A stretch of 55,517 nt of DNA, counting the filler, from Sphacelaria rigidula (taxonomy: Eukaryota): assembly GCA_964200075.2 (NCBI GenBank). It is 3 parts of 3 records of this genome, joined end to end, with 100 filler letters (N's around TTAATTAATTAA, not from the genome) between each part and the next. Parts side by side here need not be neighbours in the genome. Positions count along the whole stretch, not along the records: positions 1 to 18,441 come from CAXNAA020000856.1; 2 more parts are not named here. The stretch is one strand, 5' to 3'. Shown here piece by piece: positions 1 to 12,400 of this stretch. Made by a program: the position numbers and the translations under genes. The stretch's first letter is position 1; the number at the start of each line of letters is the position of its first letter. Below the pieces are notes generated by a model. The model worked only from the letters and a program-made list of their open reading frames with translations. It ran no database searches and was not told the origin of the DNA.

Positions 1-90
1 AGTAGGACCGCTGCTCATTGTCGAAAGTAATGCGTGGTCAGTGGTCAAACGACTAAGGCAAGCAACAAATGAGTACCCCCCCCCCCCTCC
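1..90 (+). mobile_element. 3' end remnant of a non-LTR retrotransposon (LINE) family
   Basis: GTGGTCAAACGACTAAGGCAAGCAACAAATGAGTACCCCC matches 15840-15900 (+) and the reverse complement of 50940-51000. Confidence 0.6.
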
Positions 91-119
91 ACATGAGAAC
101 GCCCTCCCCACGAGGCAGC

Positions 120-345
120 GTATCTGTAAGCCATGGCTGTCTCTGGAGGTGGCGATACAAAAAAGTAAAGCAACGCATTGGAAGCTGTCATCGAAATGCA
201 AGATAATCAGTAGGCTTCGGGCCGAACAATCTTTGCAGGATGCACGTTACCCGGCATGCGGCTCGACACACCACGGCGCTTCGCGCTTGGTGATCGAGTG
301 CGAGGCTGGTCCGGCGAGAACCCGGCTTGCTCCGTCCCGGCTTTG
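120..345 (-). repeat. Dispersed repeat (retroelement-derived), copy 1
   Basis: Shares GTAAGCCATG...TAATCAGTAGGCTTCGGGCCGAACAATCTT...CTGGTCCGGCGA.AACCCGGC..GCTCCGTCCCGGC with 16120-16355. Confidence 0.7.
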
Positions 346-460
346 TAGGGATTCGAGGTCAATGGTCTACGCCTATGGCATGCAAGACCATGAGTAAGCC
401 CCCCCCTCCCCAAAAGCCTTCCTCGACCTACATATCTATCCTATTCCTACCTAATGCCAG

Positions 461-3400
461 GCATCGGAGGCCGACGCCGCTGCGATCGGCCTTCAAGAGC
501 GCCTCGACAGCGCCACGGCGGAAGCGGAAACCCTGGCTACGGAGTTACACGACATCGAGCAGGCCGTGGCCATCCGAGACGACCTATTGCGGGAGGCGAG
601 AGAGGCCACAGAGATGTGGAAGCAGCGCTTGGCTATGGTGTCAGACGAGCGGGAAGAGGCTGTTAGGACAGCAGCGGAGACTGAGGCGGCGGCGGCTGCT
701 GCGAAAGACGGTAAGAACCACAGGAGATGTTTGAAGAAGATTCGACGAACCCCCCGGCGTTGTTGTGCGCACACGGACTGCGAGAAACGGTGCTCTTGTT
801 TTGCCCGGTATCATGTTGTTCTTAGTATTCCCCCCGCGTGCCCTCCTCCTCCAAGTAGATGTTTATCCACAGCGGTCCTTTTGTTCACGGAGGCTAAGGC
901 TACTGGGCCATACGTCAAAAGTAGCTAAGGAAAACTTGAAACTGTTGTATCGTCCCCCTTTTGCCCGAGTAGCCTTTATTTATATACTTTTTGACCCTAT
1001 CTTGAATTTGAGTTTATCTCTCAAGACCTATGCCAATCAAATAGCTGGACACGTTGACATATTCTCCATCATTGTACATGCTGTCACTTAAAATACTACT
1101 AATACTTCGGTTTCACGAAAGAAAAATGCAACTTCCCAACCCCGCTGTTCCTCGGGGTGTTCCTCGGACCGTTTCTCTCGCTCGTCACCGCACCCGCGCG
1201 CAGCTGCTGCTGATCGCCTGCGCCACGAAATGGAATCGGGCAACTCGAGGCTCACTGCTGCGCGCAAGGAGTTGGAGGGAGTGCAAGCATTACTTGAGGA
1301 GAAGTCGCGAGTCGAGGTGTCGCTGAGGGAGGAGCAGAAGGAGCTAAATATCCGACTCGAGGAAGTGAAAGGTATGGTATCTTGTGAAAAGGCATTTGTG
1401 ATCCGAAACCGGGTACCGTGACGGGAACCAGCAGCAATCCCAAACCCACAACAGCAGCAACATGTACTAACATACACGAATGTTTGTGCTGCAACGTACT
1501 TCGGGACACGTTGTGGTCGGCAACCGTGCTCTGCGTTGCCGACGAGGAGGAATGGAGAAGAGGCGTTTTGATGGATGTTGGCACTACTAATGTGGAACAC
1601 GTGGTGTACCACTCACTGACTGTGACTACGATTGTTGTGCACAGGAAAATTCAAAGAAAAATCTGAACAGCTCGACGCCTCACAAGCACAAAGGTCGACC
1701 GAAGAACGCCTGAAACACGACATGGAAATCTCCATCGAGGCGTTACGCACCGAGGCAGAAGAACTTCGCAACCAGGTATGGAGAATGACTTTTTTTTTAC
1801 GATGAAAGCAAACCCGGGAGTCGTGGAAATATGTTTATTCTCTTCGAACCGGGGCAAGACGACAGTGCTGTTGAAGCCTGCCTGTGTGGCAGCAGGGCCG
1901 GTGTTGATTGATCAATTCTTTGGCTGATTGTCGCGCTTTAACTGACCCCGGTGTTACAATTCTTCTTGTCGTAGCATGCTGGTCTGATCTTGCGTTCTGT
2001 CATGAAATTAATGCACGAGGGCTAGCTTTGCGTATTCTGAAAGCAGTTTTATGCGGGCGTTTTTGTGTGAGATTGGAGACTTCGGTATCGGAATATATAC
2101 ACGATATCGTGACTCGAGTTCAGCTGTGATAATCTGAAATGCCACGTGAAAATCCTGGTCAACCCGCAAGAACTGTCTTCAGTCGATGGCCTACAGGATT
2201 GCTGCTCAGGCGCACACGCGTGATTCGCCAACAGCTCACGCGGCATATCATATATTCAAGCTCACATTACCCTGGTTTTCTCTGAACGGCCCAAAGGTCG
2301 CCGCGATTGATCGCCGACGAGGGGAGGCGGAAGCAGCGGCGAAGAAGGCAAAGGAGGAGGGGTCAGCCGAGACTGCGGCGGTAATCGAGCGAAGCGGCGC
2401 GCAAATCAAAGCACTCGAGGTGCGATACACGAGACTCCTCGAAACAATCAATGGTTACGGCGTCAGTGGGATACCGCCGAAGCAGGGTATTCTTCTCGAA
2501 GCTACTGCTCCCATGGTCACTGTGTTCACCTTCACAGTGTGTTCCCCTTCATCGGAACATTCTATTGATACGTTGCCGCCGCGCCCCGGTGGTGTAATGG
2601 TCCAACTGTCGCCATTAGGGTGGAGAGAATGAGGGTTCGATTCCCGATGCGTTGAGTTTTTTATTCGTAGTATCTAATTCCACCGTGGAAAGCGTGAGAT
2701 CGTGAGCAGACAAAGTAGTTGACTGACTTTGTTTGACGTGTGTTGGCGCGGTGCGGGAGTGCTGGCCTAATTCGCGAGACCAAATACAAGACGTGTACCC
2801 GGAGAAATGGGCTGATCCCTTGAGACAAGTAGACCACGGACTCATCCCGAGTAAGGGGGCGGGTTCAAAGTGCGACAAAAAAAAACGTTGCTTTTGCAAT
2901 CTGCTGCTGTGCTACTTTTGTTTTTCTTATTTCAAACGAGAAAGCGAAGTATTCGGTCAAATGATAGCCTCGCTTGGCCGGAGAGTTGGGCGATCTCGTA
3001 CCAGACGGGTGGGATTAGAGTAAAACCCTCCAGTTGCCCGTTCCCACGCGCGGACATCTTACCCCCTTTGCGGCGCGTGTGATTGTGCTACCCCTGTCGC
3101 GGGTCGGTTAGGCTCGCCTTAGGGAACACGCCGCCGACGCACGTGAAGCACTGGAAGAGGGGGCGACCTCGGCTGCACGAGTGACTACGGTATGTCAAAG
3201 TGCTTGTGCCTTTCAGTGTATACTGGTTTTTGTGAGTGCGTCTGTGGTGGAGGAGTAGTCACGTCATGACATGCTTAGTGGTCAAGGGTACCTATTTTTT
3301 TCTTGCGTTTTTTTTGCGGGTGCTGGTGCATCACAGCCAGTGGGTTTTCCCGTTGTTTCGTTACCCCGCAAACTAAATAATCAAGTTCAACACTCCGCAT

Positions 3401-6400
3401 GAGGTAAAGATCTGATAGAGACGTACAGTTGGGCGGCCACGGCATCCACATTCACATTCACATAAAGTTTTTGCGAACTTGATATTTGATGTGCGTCCTT
3501 GGAGGTATGAGGCTTTGAATCGAAAACAATAACCTTTATGTAATATACATGCAGCTTGAGACAGAGCTGGAGGCCAAGGTGCTCGAGGCGGAAGAACTTC
3601 AAAACCGACTGGCGGAGGCGGAGACTGACGCCGAGAATCTCCGAACAATCGTGACTGATCTTCGTAGAAAGGTGAAGGAGGTCGACGGGACGAGGGCTAC
3701 TCGGGAGGCTCAGGTGAAGCTGAAGGGCCGACGTGATCTGATCGAATAGCGAGATGAACAGCACGTTTGCTCTTTTGTGTACCTACCGATGCATGTGAAC
3801 GCATAGACTGTCGTTAATATGTTATACCTACCCTCTTGTCTTCATTGCGACTGACGTATCATCGGTAATGGCAGTCTCCTGTAGTACTTGCTCTGTAGTA
3901 CCGTGCCGTGCGATGGGTGGAATGGATCATTTTGTGCGCGATACAGCGGATCACATGGCCTTGGTGGTGGTGAAGGAGTTGACACGCTCTGTCTGTCTCT
4001 CTGTCTATGCTTGTGTGTATTCAGCTGGCTGCCCTCGATACGAAAGCTGAGCAGGAGCGAGCTAAGGCCGACGCTCTGCAGATTGCCCTAGATGCGTCGA
4101 AGAGAGAGGTGTCTTCGGTCCGCGGATCCTTGGCAGAATCGAAGGCGGGTCTTGCCATGGCCAAGGAAGTCCTTGACCAAGCACAGGTGAGACAAAGCGT
4201 CGTTTCGTTCGTCTGGGGTGCTGGGTTTGTTGCAGAATCAAACGGTCTGTACTCTCCCCTCTCCTACACCTATGGAGTCATGTATCAACTATCAGGATTT
4301 CGCAAGCACGACTTTTGGAGTGTAGTCGGCAACGCCTGTGCAATTTTTGATGCTCATGTTCATCTTCACAATCAAGCGGCCATTGAGGTGAATTATTGTC
4401 AAGCGTTCGAAACACTTCGGCTCACGTTGCGTCCTGTCCCGCCGTTGCCCGTCCCACGTTTTTCAGGATATCTGTACGCGGGTCGTTTTGTTTTTGCGTA
4501 GCGCCCGCTAACAACCAGATTGACACGAAGACATCTTTGGTTCTAATCTTACCCCCGTATGTCTCATGTGCCATCGCAGACCTCCTTGGAGGCAGAGCGT
4601 GCGGGCGCAATCGCCGCCACGGAAGAATTAGCTACTACACGCGAGCGACTCCGGAGATCCCAAGACGAAGATCTGGCGTCAGCGCTGTCGGATCTCGCTG
4701 CCAGCCGGGAGAAATCAGCGACCCTCGCCGCTGAGAATGACGACCTCGTCGCTCGGCTGTCTGCTGAGCTGGACGCCCGGCGCGCGGCCGAAGATTTGGT
4801 TGCCGACTCTCGGAAGCAAGCGGCCGACGCCCGTAACGCGGTCGCCGGTCTACGAGAAGCGGCCAGGGTCAGGGAGGCCCAGGCCGCGGAGGACATAGAG
4901 ACAGCGATTGGGGTGGCAGAGGTGGCAGAGGCAGAAACGGCAGCGGCAGGACGGGAACTTGATGCGGTACGGCTTTCACTCGCTGAAGCCGTTACCGGTC
5001 GGGAGGCGGCTGAGGAGATGGTGCGCGCTGCCTATGGCGAGGTTCGGGGTGTGAAGGATGATTTGCGGCGGATGGAAGAGGAGGTGGGCAAGGGTGTGGG
5101 CGGTGTGCGGCGTTGGGGGCTGAGGACGGGAGGATTTCGGTTGCCCTTTGGTGTGGCATTCGTGGGTTCACCTTCGGGGAAAATTCGGCATCTGTGGACA
5201 TGGCTTGTACGATAATTTGACTTCCGATGTATCCATACCCGTGCACCATGTGGTTTTTGCAGGGCGTTCGCATGTTCGTTTGGCCTTTGCAGGGTCCTCT
5301 ATGTTTATATCGTACGGTCCCCATGTCGCCTGCAGCAAATCTCATATTTTGTTCGTTTCGCCCCCAACATATCGAATGACTAACCCACAAAAATGAACAG
5401 GCTATTGCCCAGAAGCAGCTGTCCAGTCGACTCTCTTCGGAACAACTTAGCTTGAAACAGCGGCTGTATAACACAGAACAAGCCCTCGCTACCCAATCCG
5501 AGCTCCGCGCCACTTCTGAAACCGCTCTCGATGAAACCAACACGGCCATGGCGGCCCTCCAAGCCGACCGTGCTTCCCTTCAAGCGACGGCGGACAGTAC
5601 CCGGCGTGAGTTGGAAACGGAGATGACATCTTTGCAAGAACAACTTCAAGCTGCAATCGACAACACCGAGAAGACCAAACGCGAAGCGGCGGAAGCGGCG
5701 GAAGCGGCCGCCGCCGACGCGGTCGAGGCAGCGGAAGCAAGCCGGCAAGCCAGCGCAGCTAGCGCGGCTGCGCTGAAAGATCTCGAGTCGACGCTCCGGG
5801 CCGCCGAGGACAGAGCGAGGGTAGCAGAGGCGGCCACAGCAACCGCCGAAGAGAGAGCACAAGCGACGGCAGTAAACGCTATCGAACGTGCAAGAGCGGC
5901 GGCCAAAACGTCCGAGGAAGAAGCAGCCGTCGCGGCAGAGGAAGTCAGAGTCATGCAGGCACGCGTGCAAACGCTAGAAAGGGATGTAAAGACTGCACAC
6001 GCGGCGATCGAAGAAGCTTCTGCATGGCGTCTAATGGTGGAAGAAAGAAATGAGGAGGCAGAGGAACAACAGAGAGAGGCGGCAGCCACCGCGGCTGCCG
6101 CCTCCGTGGCCGCCGCCTCTGTGGCCGCGGAGGGTGAGCGGATGCGAGTTTTGCTCAACCTCGAGATCGATGGTCTTCTCGGGTGTTTGAGGGGTGCTGT
6201 TGCTCGCGTTCGGTCTCGCAAGTGGTCTTGGGATGCTGGAGGTAGCGATGCGGAGACGTCCGAACGTGAGGGTGGTGGTGATCCGGCGGCGGCGGTACCA
6301 GGCGGTGCCGAGCTTGGCGACGATGTTGAGCGGCTTATTGCTAAGACGAATGAGGCGACGGGGCACGCAAATCTTCTACGGCGGGCTCTTGTTGCGACCA

Positions 6401-9400
6401 TTCAACAGGTCAGGGTCGCCATCGTGGGATTCGTGTGCCGTTGACGAACGCCATACCGGCTATTTTGTTTCAAGCGGCACCGTTTGCATGATACACCTCG
6501 CTCTTGTAAGAAGTGCCGTGCAGCATCTGGAAATTCGGCGGTTGTGGATAACGCTAACCTGTACCGCATTTTCGGTGCCATCTTCGAAGTACTTCCGTGG
6601 CAGCGTAAATTCTTATCGCCCGATGCACGTGTGATGCTTGTCTTCAGGCGGATGAAGCTGCGAGAGATTCAGAAGCTGCCCTTGGCGAGGCGCGGCGCCT
6701 CAACTCTCACAGCGCCGCCCTGGAAGAAACTCTACACGAGGTTTGCGCGTCCCCATCCGCTACGTCGTGTCTGCTTCTAGTTTTTGCCTCGCTTATTTTT
6801 CACTGTGTGGCAAGTTACCTGAGTACGGTATCGACATATGGCTATATACCTCCGTGCGAAGGTGATTGGAGCCCTCAAGCTGGCATGAGCTGTTGTGAAT
6901 TTTCCAGTCTTACCTACGCCGCCGTCTTGAGTGTCATGGTATCATTTTACATGGACCCGAGCCACTGTGCCTTCTGGCTCATTTCCTTGATGCAGGCTAA
7001 CATCACGTCCCCCCCGCTCCTCCGGCGCGGTTCCCACTCACCACTCCCGCTTCTATCTCGCTAGATGATCGCAAGCTCAATGACCAAGACCGACCATCGC
7101 ACTACATCAACGCGGCCAGCGGCATGTACCCATACACACGGCGAGCAGCAGCGGCACCTATCTGTAGCGAGCACAGGTAGCGGTGAAGACGAGGTGGATG
7201 CATTAAGCCGAGCGGAAGCACTCGAGCGCACCAACCAGCATCTCCGCCGTCTCCTGCAAGGCTTGCTGGTCGGCGGGAATGAGGCAGAGCCAGGTGAGGG
7301 CGACGGCAACTTGGCCAGTGGCAGCGGCAATGGCGGCGACGGCACGGGAGGCCGCGTCGCGCTCGCCTCGGCGAAAGGGAGTGGGTTTACCAGTAGATCA
7401 AGGTCGCGCTGCAGTGCAGAACCACTCGGTGATGGTGTTTCAGGTCGTGTCAGTGCTGCCCCCGACCAGCACGCGGAATTGCGATATAGCGCCAGCGACG
7501 CCGACAGCCATGGCGTGTACCGTAACGGCGATGAGGATGTCGGCCCCCGGAGCTCCGAGGATGCTGGTGTTGGCTTGACGGCACCGGCGGGTACGGCGGC
7601 CGGGGGTGCGCGCTCGGATATAGGGTTAATCGAACCTGTATGGCTCGACAGTAACAACGATCAAGACGACGATCGAGTGTTGACCGCCTCGTTGGACTTC
7701 AGACACCAACAGCAGCAGCAGCAGGATCATCAACAACGGCAACGGCGAGTTAAGCGACGGGACAACAACAGTCTCCCCGTCAATGCGAGACGAGCCGAGG
7801 CACGCCAACAAAAAGCGGGGAAAGTTGAAGCAAGTTCGTCGCCGGCGTCGTCACCCGGGCTGTTGAGGGCCCTCAGATCCCTGGTGGATGTCGTGCATCA
7901 GCGCGAATCCCATGTAGCGGTTTTGGAGACCGAGCTGAGGCGAGCGCGGGACGGAAGCAGGCGGGAAATCGAGGCTCGAGACATGATGCTCGAGGAGATG
8001 ACCACCCAAACGTCGAGTTTGAGGGCGGAGGTAGGGAAGGCGATGGGAGTCGCCTACTCGTGAAATTGGCTCCAGTGTGTACAAGGAAACAGGCGTGTAT
8101 CCTGCATGTGTCCACGGTGTTCGGCTCATCAAGGTCAAGATTGTCGGCCGTACGTCAGTTCCTCGGAACCTGACTACGTGATGTGAGGTTGTTGCCTTTC
8201 ATGTTCAATTTTCAATCTCCCTACTCTCCCCCCCACTTCTTGAAAATCCCACCCAAATAGATGGAGTCAATAAATTCCGCATCTGCCGCGAGTGAGGAGC
8301 AGTGCCAGGATTTGGAGCGCCGCCTTGCGACGATGCGACGGCAAGCAGAAGCCGCCGCCGGGGAGGCGGCGGCGATGATCTCATCACTGGAAGATGATCT
8401 ACAGCAATCGAGGAAAGACGCCGAGGTGAAAGAACAGGAGAAGGAGGAATACCAAGCGGAAATGGAGGTGAGAAGGAACTTGAAAATGATATGAGAGTCT
8501 GAAGATACCACTGCACGCGTTCCGTAGCGCGACAGGTTCGGCATGCCTTGTACAGCAAACACTGTGGGAATGTCAGCAACATGTCTCCGTAGGCAAGCTG
8601 TGGTATGTTGCTCTCGTAGCGGAAGGTACGGCCGACAGGGCGCACATAAACTGGTGACCTGTAGTAAAGCCCCCATGATATCTCGCTTCGTGGCTTTCGT
8701 GCCTCCGTATTCGTAGCTGCGGTGCTCGCGGATAGGTCAAAAGCAAGAAGCTCGTTGCTTCATGGTGTTTCTGCAGTGTTGTCACGAACAAGGCTCCCGT
8801 GTAAGGTATACTTTCCATTGCGTCATCATGATCGACTGAGGCGAGGGTTTGCTCGTCCTTTTTTGCGACAGGGCACATCTCGCGTGCTAGGATGCCGACC
8901 GCATGATGAACAGTCCGTCGATTTGTGTCTGCGCTCTCGTCTCCTCCAACCCCGTCATCCGTGAAACGTATCTCTGTTGTTTTCGTCTAGGGGAACTTGG
9001 CCGAAGGACGTGAGAGTGTCCTAGCCTTACAAGACGCCTTGGAGAACACAGTCCTTGCTGCCCGGGGAGTCCTGGAGAGGGCGGAGGCGGCCGCAGCGGA
9101 TGTCGACGGGGTCGAGGTACGCGCGTCCATCCAAAGGAAGATATACCTCCTCCATGGCCGTATTGAGGGTATCTGGTAGTTCTCGGAGCAATGACATCCC
9201 AACCCTTTGGTATTGTCGATAGTGCAGCACATTAGTGCAGCAGTTGAGGCGATGATATACCTACCGTTTGCTAGCGTGTTCACCGTGCTGCTGTTGTCCA
9301 AGCAGTGCGGTCGCACCGGTGGTGGTGCTTGTGGGTACCAAAACGCAGCAGCTGAAATAATGAATGTCGGGAAACATACAGTATATCTAGGCACCACCCC

Positions 9401-12400
9401 ACCGTTGATTTCCCACCATTGATGCCGAACCGATAGTTTCAAAGACTGTCAGTCAGCTGAAAATCATGCCCTCGTCCAGAGGTGGCTTGTACAGGGCAAC
9501 GTGCTGTAATATAAGGCTTTGTCGAATGTACGTGGTTGACATCTGAGGATACTTCAACGTGTATTTCCCATGCTGATCCTACGGCAAGGAGTAATAATGT
9601 GCACACCACCTCAACATTTCGTTCCATCATGGATCGACATCTCCATTTTTCTACACCACCTGAGCTCGTGTAAGTTATCCCCACTCCCCCCTCCCTCCGT
9701 ACGCCCCGCGCCCCCCAACCCTCCCCCCCACCCCCCCCCACACCCACCCCCCCCCCGGAAACCCCCCCCGCCNNNNNNNNNNCCCCACTCCCCCCTCCGT
9801 ACGTACGCACGTCGCCCCCAACCGTTCCCCCCAACCCCCTACAATACCATCCGTACAGGTAGAAACCCTTCAGGCCGAACTTCGAGTGCTCGAGCGCCGG
9901 TCCCCGACAGTGCGGTACAGCAGCAGAAACTCGAGTCGGGAGACCGACAATATAGCCCGTAGATGTTTCGATGGCAACCGCAGCCACCGTCGCTACTACT
10001 CTGCGTCTCCGAATAATCGTCAACGAGGCGTATTTCTTGCCCGAGGACGTCCCCGTGCCATACCCTCCCACAACAGCTCGTTCGGCTTCTCTGGACTATC
10101 CCGAAATCGTGGCAACCATCCGCGAGCCTCGTGGGCGCACCCAGTAGCGTTCCGAGATGGTCCTGGCCCGCAACCAAGGGGTCGGGCTTCTGTAGAGACG
10201 AGGCGTCTCGGCACAGCCTCGGCGGCGGCAGGGGAGGCTGGAGCTGAGGAGGGGGACGAAGGTGTCAGAAGGCTGCGGCAGCGGGAAGGCTTTGATGCCG
10301 CTTCCGACGGTGGTGAGTTCGGTCTGACCGGGGACTTGGAAGACGACGCGAGGTTTTTGCCAGAAGTGCTGGAGATTTTCGGTACAGAGGCAGTGGTTCG
10401 CCAGGCTACGTCTGAGGTGAGTGTGGCTGTGCGTGTGACGGGGTTCGCTCGATGGGTACACGTGGGCCTTCGTATGTGGTTGGTTAGTGCCGTAAAGTTG
10501 TTCGAGGCTCAAAATGGGATCTTGTCGTGACTTGTTGTTTCATGGTGAGTGCGGCGGTTGGGTATGGTCCGATACTCGAGTATTTTGAGTTGTTTGTTCC
10601 AAGTGTGTCATCCTCGACAAGCAATTTTGCCCGTATTTTTCACGGGTGATGAGTTGCTGGGTAGGGTATTTACATTTCATGTGCGTGAGGCCTCGTCGCT
10701 GCCAGTGCATCTCTTGTCGCGAGCAGGGCACGAAGGTAGTAAGTAGCCCAGGCTACTGAATGCCTTTTTTGCCAAGCTCATGTTGTGCTTGTCAGCGCTC
10801 TCCTCCTCGAATCTCTCACGCTCTACTTGCTTATTCACACCGATCGCGAAGATTTTTAGCACGAGACTGATTTTAATTTTCGATTGATTGTCGCACTTTA
10901 ACTGACCACCCATGGGTCCAGCCGTGGTCGCATGATGGACGTACCCAAGACAAGTAAAACTGAAAAACGCGTTCAAGAGATAAGCTCGAGTGTAGCCTCT
11001 ACTGTGAGAAATATGACAATGGCGATGACATAATTTCTTTGACTTTCTGCCAAAATACATACATCAATTCGCGGAACAATTGTTATTTTCGGTGGAGTGT
11101 TCTGCGGGTACATGCCTTCATTTCTCAACTACGTATTTCTCGTATGAAGCTCTTGGAGGAGTCATCGCCTCGAACCACCCTTGTACTGATGGCAGCTGGC
11201 ACTGAGGAGCATGCATATGCTCAAGAATCTGAGATAATTTGCTCACTGTTTGTTTGTTTTTCCTCTTTCAAGTCAAACTCCCCTCGGCGAATGTTGCCAT
11301 TTTTAAATCTTGTGACGACGACTGGAATCGTGGCGCGGATCAGCTGCCATGAGACGATCAGTCTATCAATCATAACTGCAGGCATGCTTGTGTCATGTTC
11401 CAGACGTGCATCATTTTCCCGTGTACGCTGGTTGTACAGATGGAGGAAGTGTGCTTCGATATGGAGACGTTTATCCTTCAGCAGGCCATCACTCGGGCGA
11501 AAGATCTACGCAAGTACCAGGCAGAAGCCGACTCACGCCGGAAACGGGAAGAGGCGGCGGCGGCACACTCGGCGGTGAGCAAGACGGGTCGCTATTTTCA
11601 ATCATGTATCCAACGTCTTGCAGTGATAGGTTCGCATGTTGTATCTGTCGGAAAGCTATTCCGAAATAAATCTGCCGCTGCGTAAAACAATTATCTGGCT
11701 CTCTCCCTATCTTCTTCTACTTTCTCCACGCGCCCCACCCGGTGCATCCCCCCTGTGTCGTTTCCCCCCCTTTATTTTTCTGTCCGGAGAATAGGATGCG
11801 GACAACGGAAGAGCGGAACTCGCGGAAAACGACGGCTCGTGGCGGCAAGCCGATCGAGCGGCGGCGGAGGAGAGGTTGGCGCAGCTCGAGGCGGAAAGCG
11901 CGCGGGCACAGTGCGAGGCGGAAGAAAAGACGGTAGAGCTTGAGAGCCTCAAGACGCAGGTTGGTATTAGCCAGCTCACGCTTGTTTTTTCGGGGTGGGG
12001 CTCTGCACGAAGCGTGGTGGTGAAAGAGAGTTGCATGACGGTACGCAGGACGGTGCATTCGGAAAATATATCCTGCTCATATCTATGTAAATACTTCAGT
12101 ACTGTTTGGTCGGGGCGTTCGGTGTTGTGGTCGGGAGTCAGTACCGCTCATCCCTCACGGGCCACGTTTTGAGGGTTGATGACACATCCCTGTAGGCATG
12201 CCAGGCAGTGAGCGGGTGGCCCAATCTAGAGGCCATGTTTCGCTTCAACCTGGAATTGTATGGATCGAGGGGTGTGGGTCGAGGAAGGGTCGATGTCTGC
12301 GAGGCTGTCAGCCCACTTCAACTGATCTCCCCTATCTCGCAGCTCCTGAAGTCAGCTAGCGGGCGAGTCATGTCTACGGTCTTTGATGATGATGGCATGG

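Noticed and set aside
2581-2655. Apparent tRNA gene
   Set aside because: A/B boxes are present, but no convincing acceptor or anticodon stems, and homology to 39165-39451 extends ~250 nt beyond the head. It is a SINE.
4564-6401. Long Ala/Ser-rich minus-strand ORFs (4564-4896, 5646-6401; likewise 12649-13254 and 16429-16956)
   Set aside because: They are antisense shadows of the GC-rich coiled-coil exons on the plus strand.
9680-9840. C-rich tract with a 10-N gap giving Pro-rich/Gly-rich ORFs
   Set aside because: Intronic low-complexity, low-quality sequence just upstream of the acceptor at 9858.
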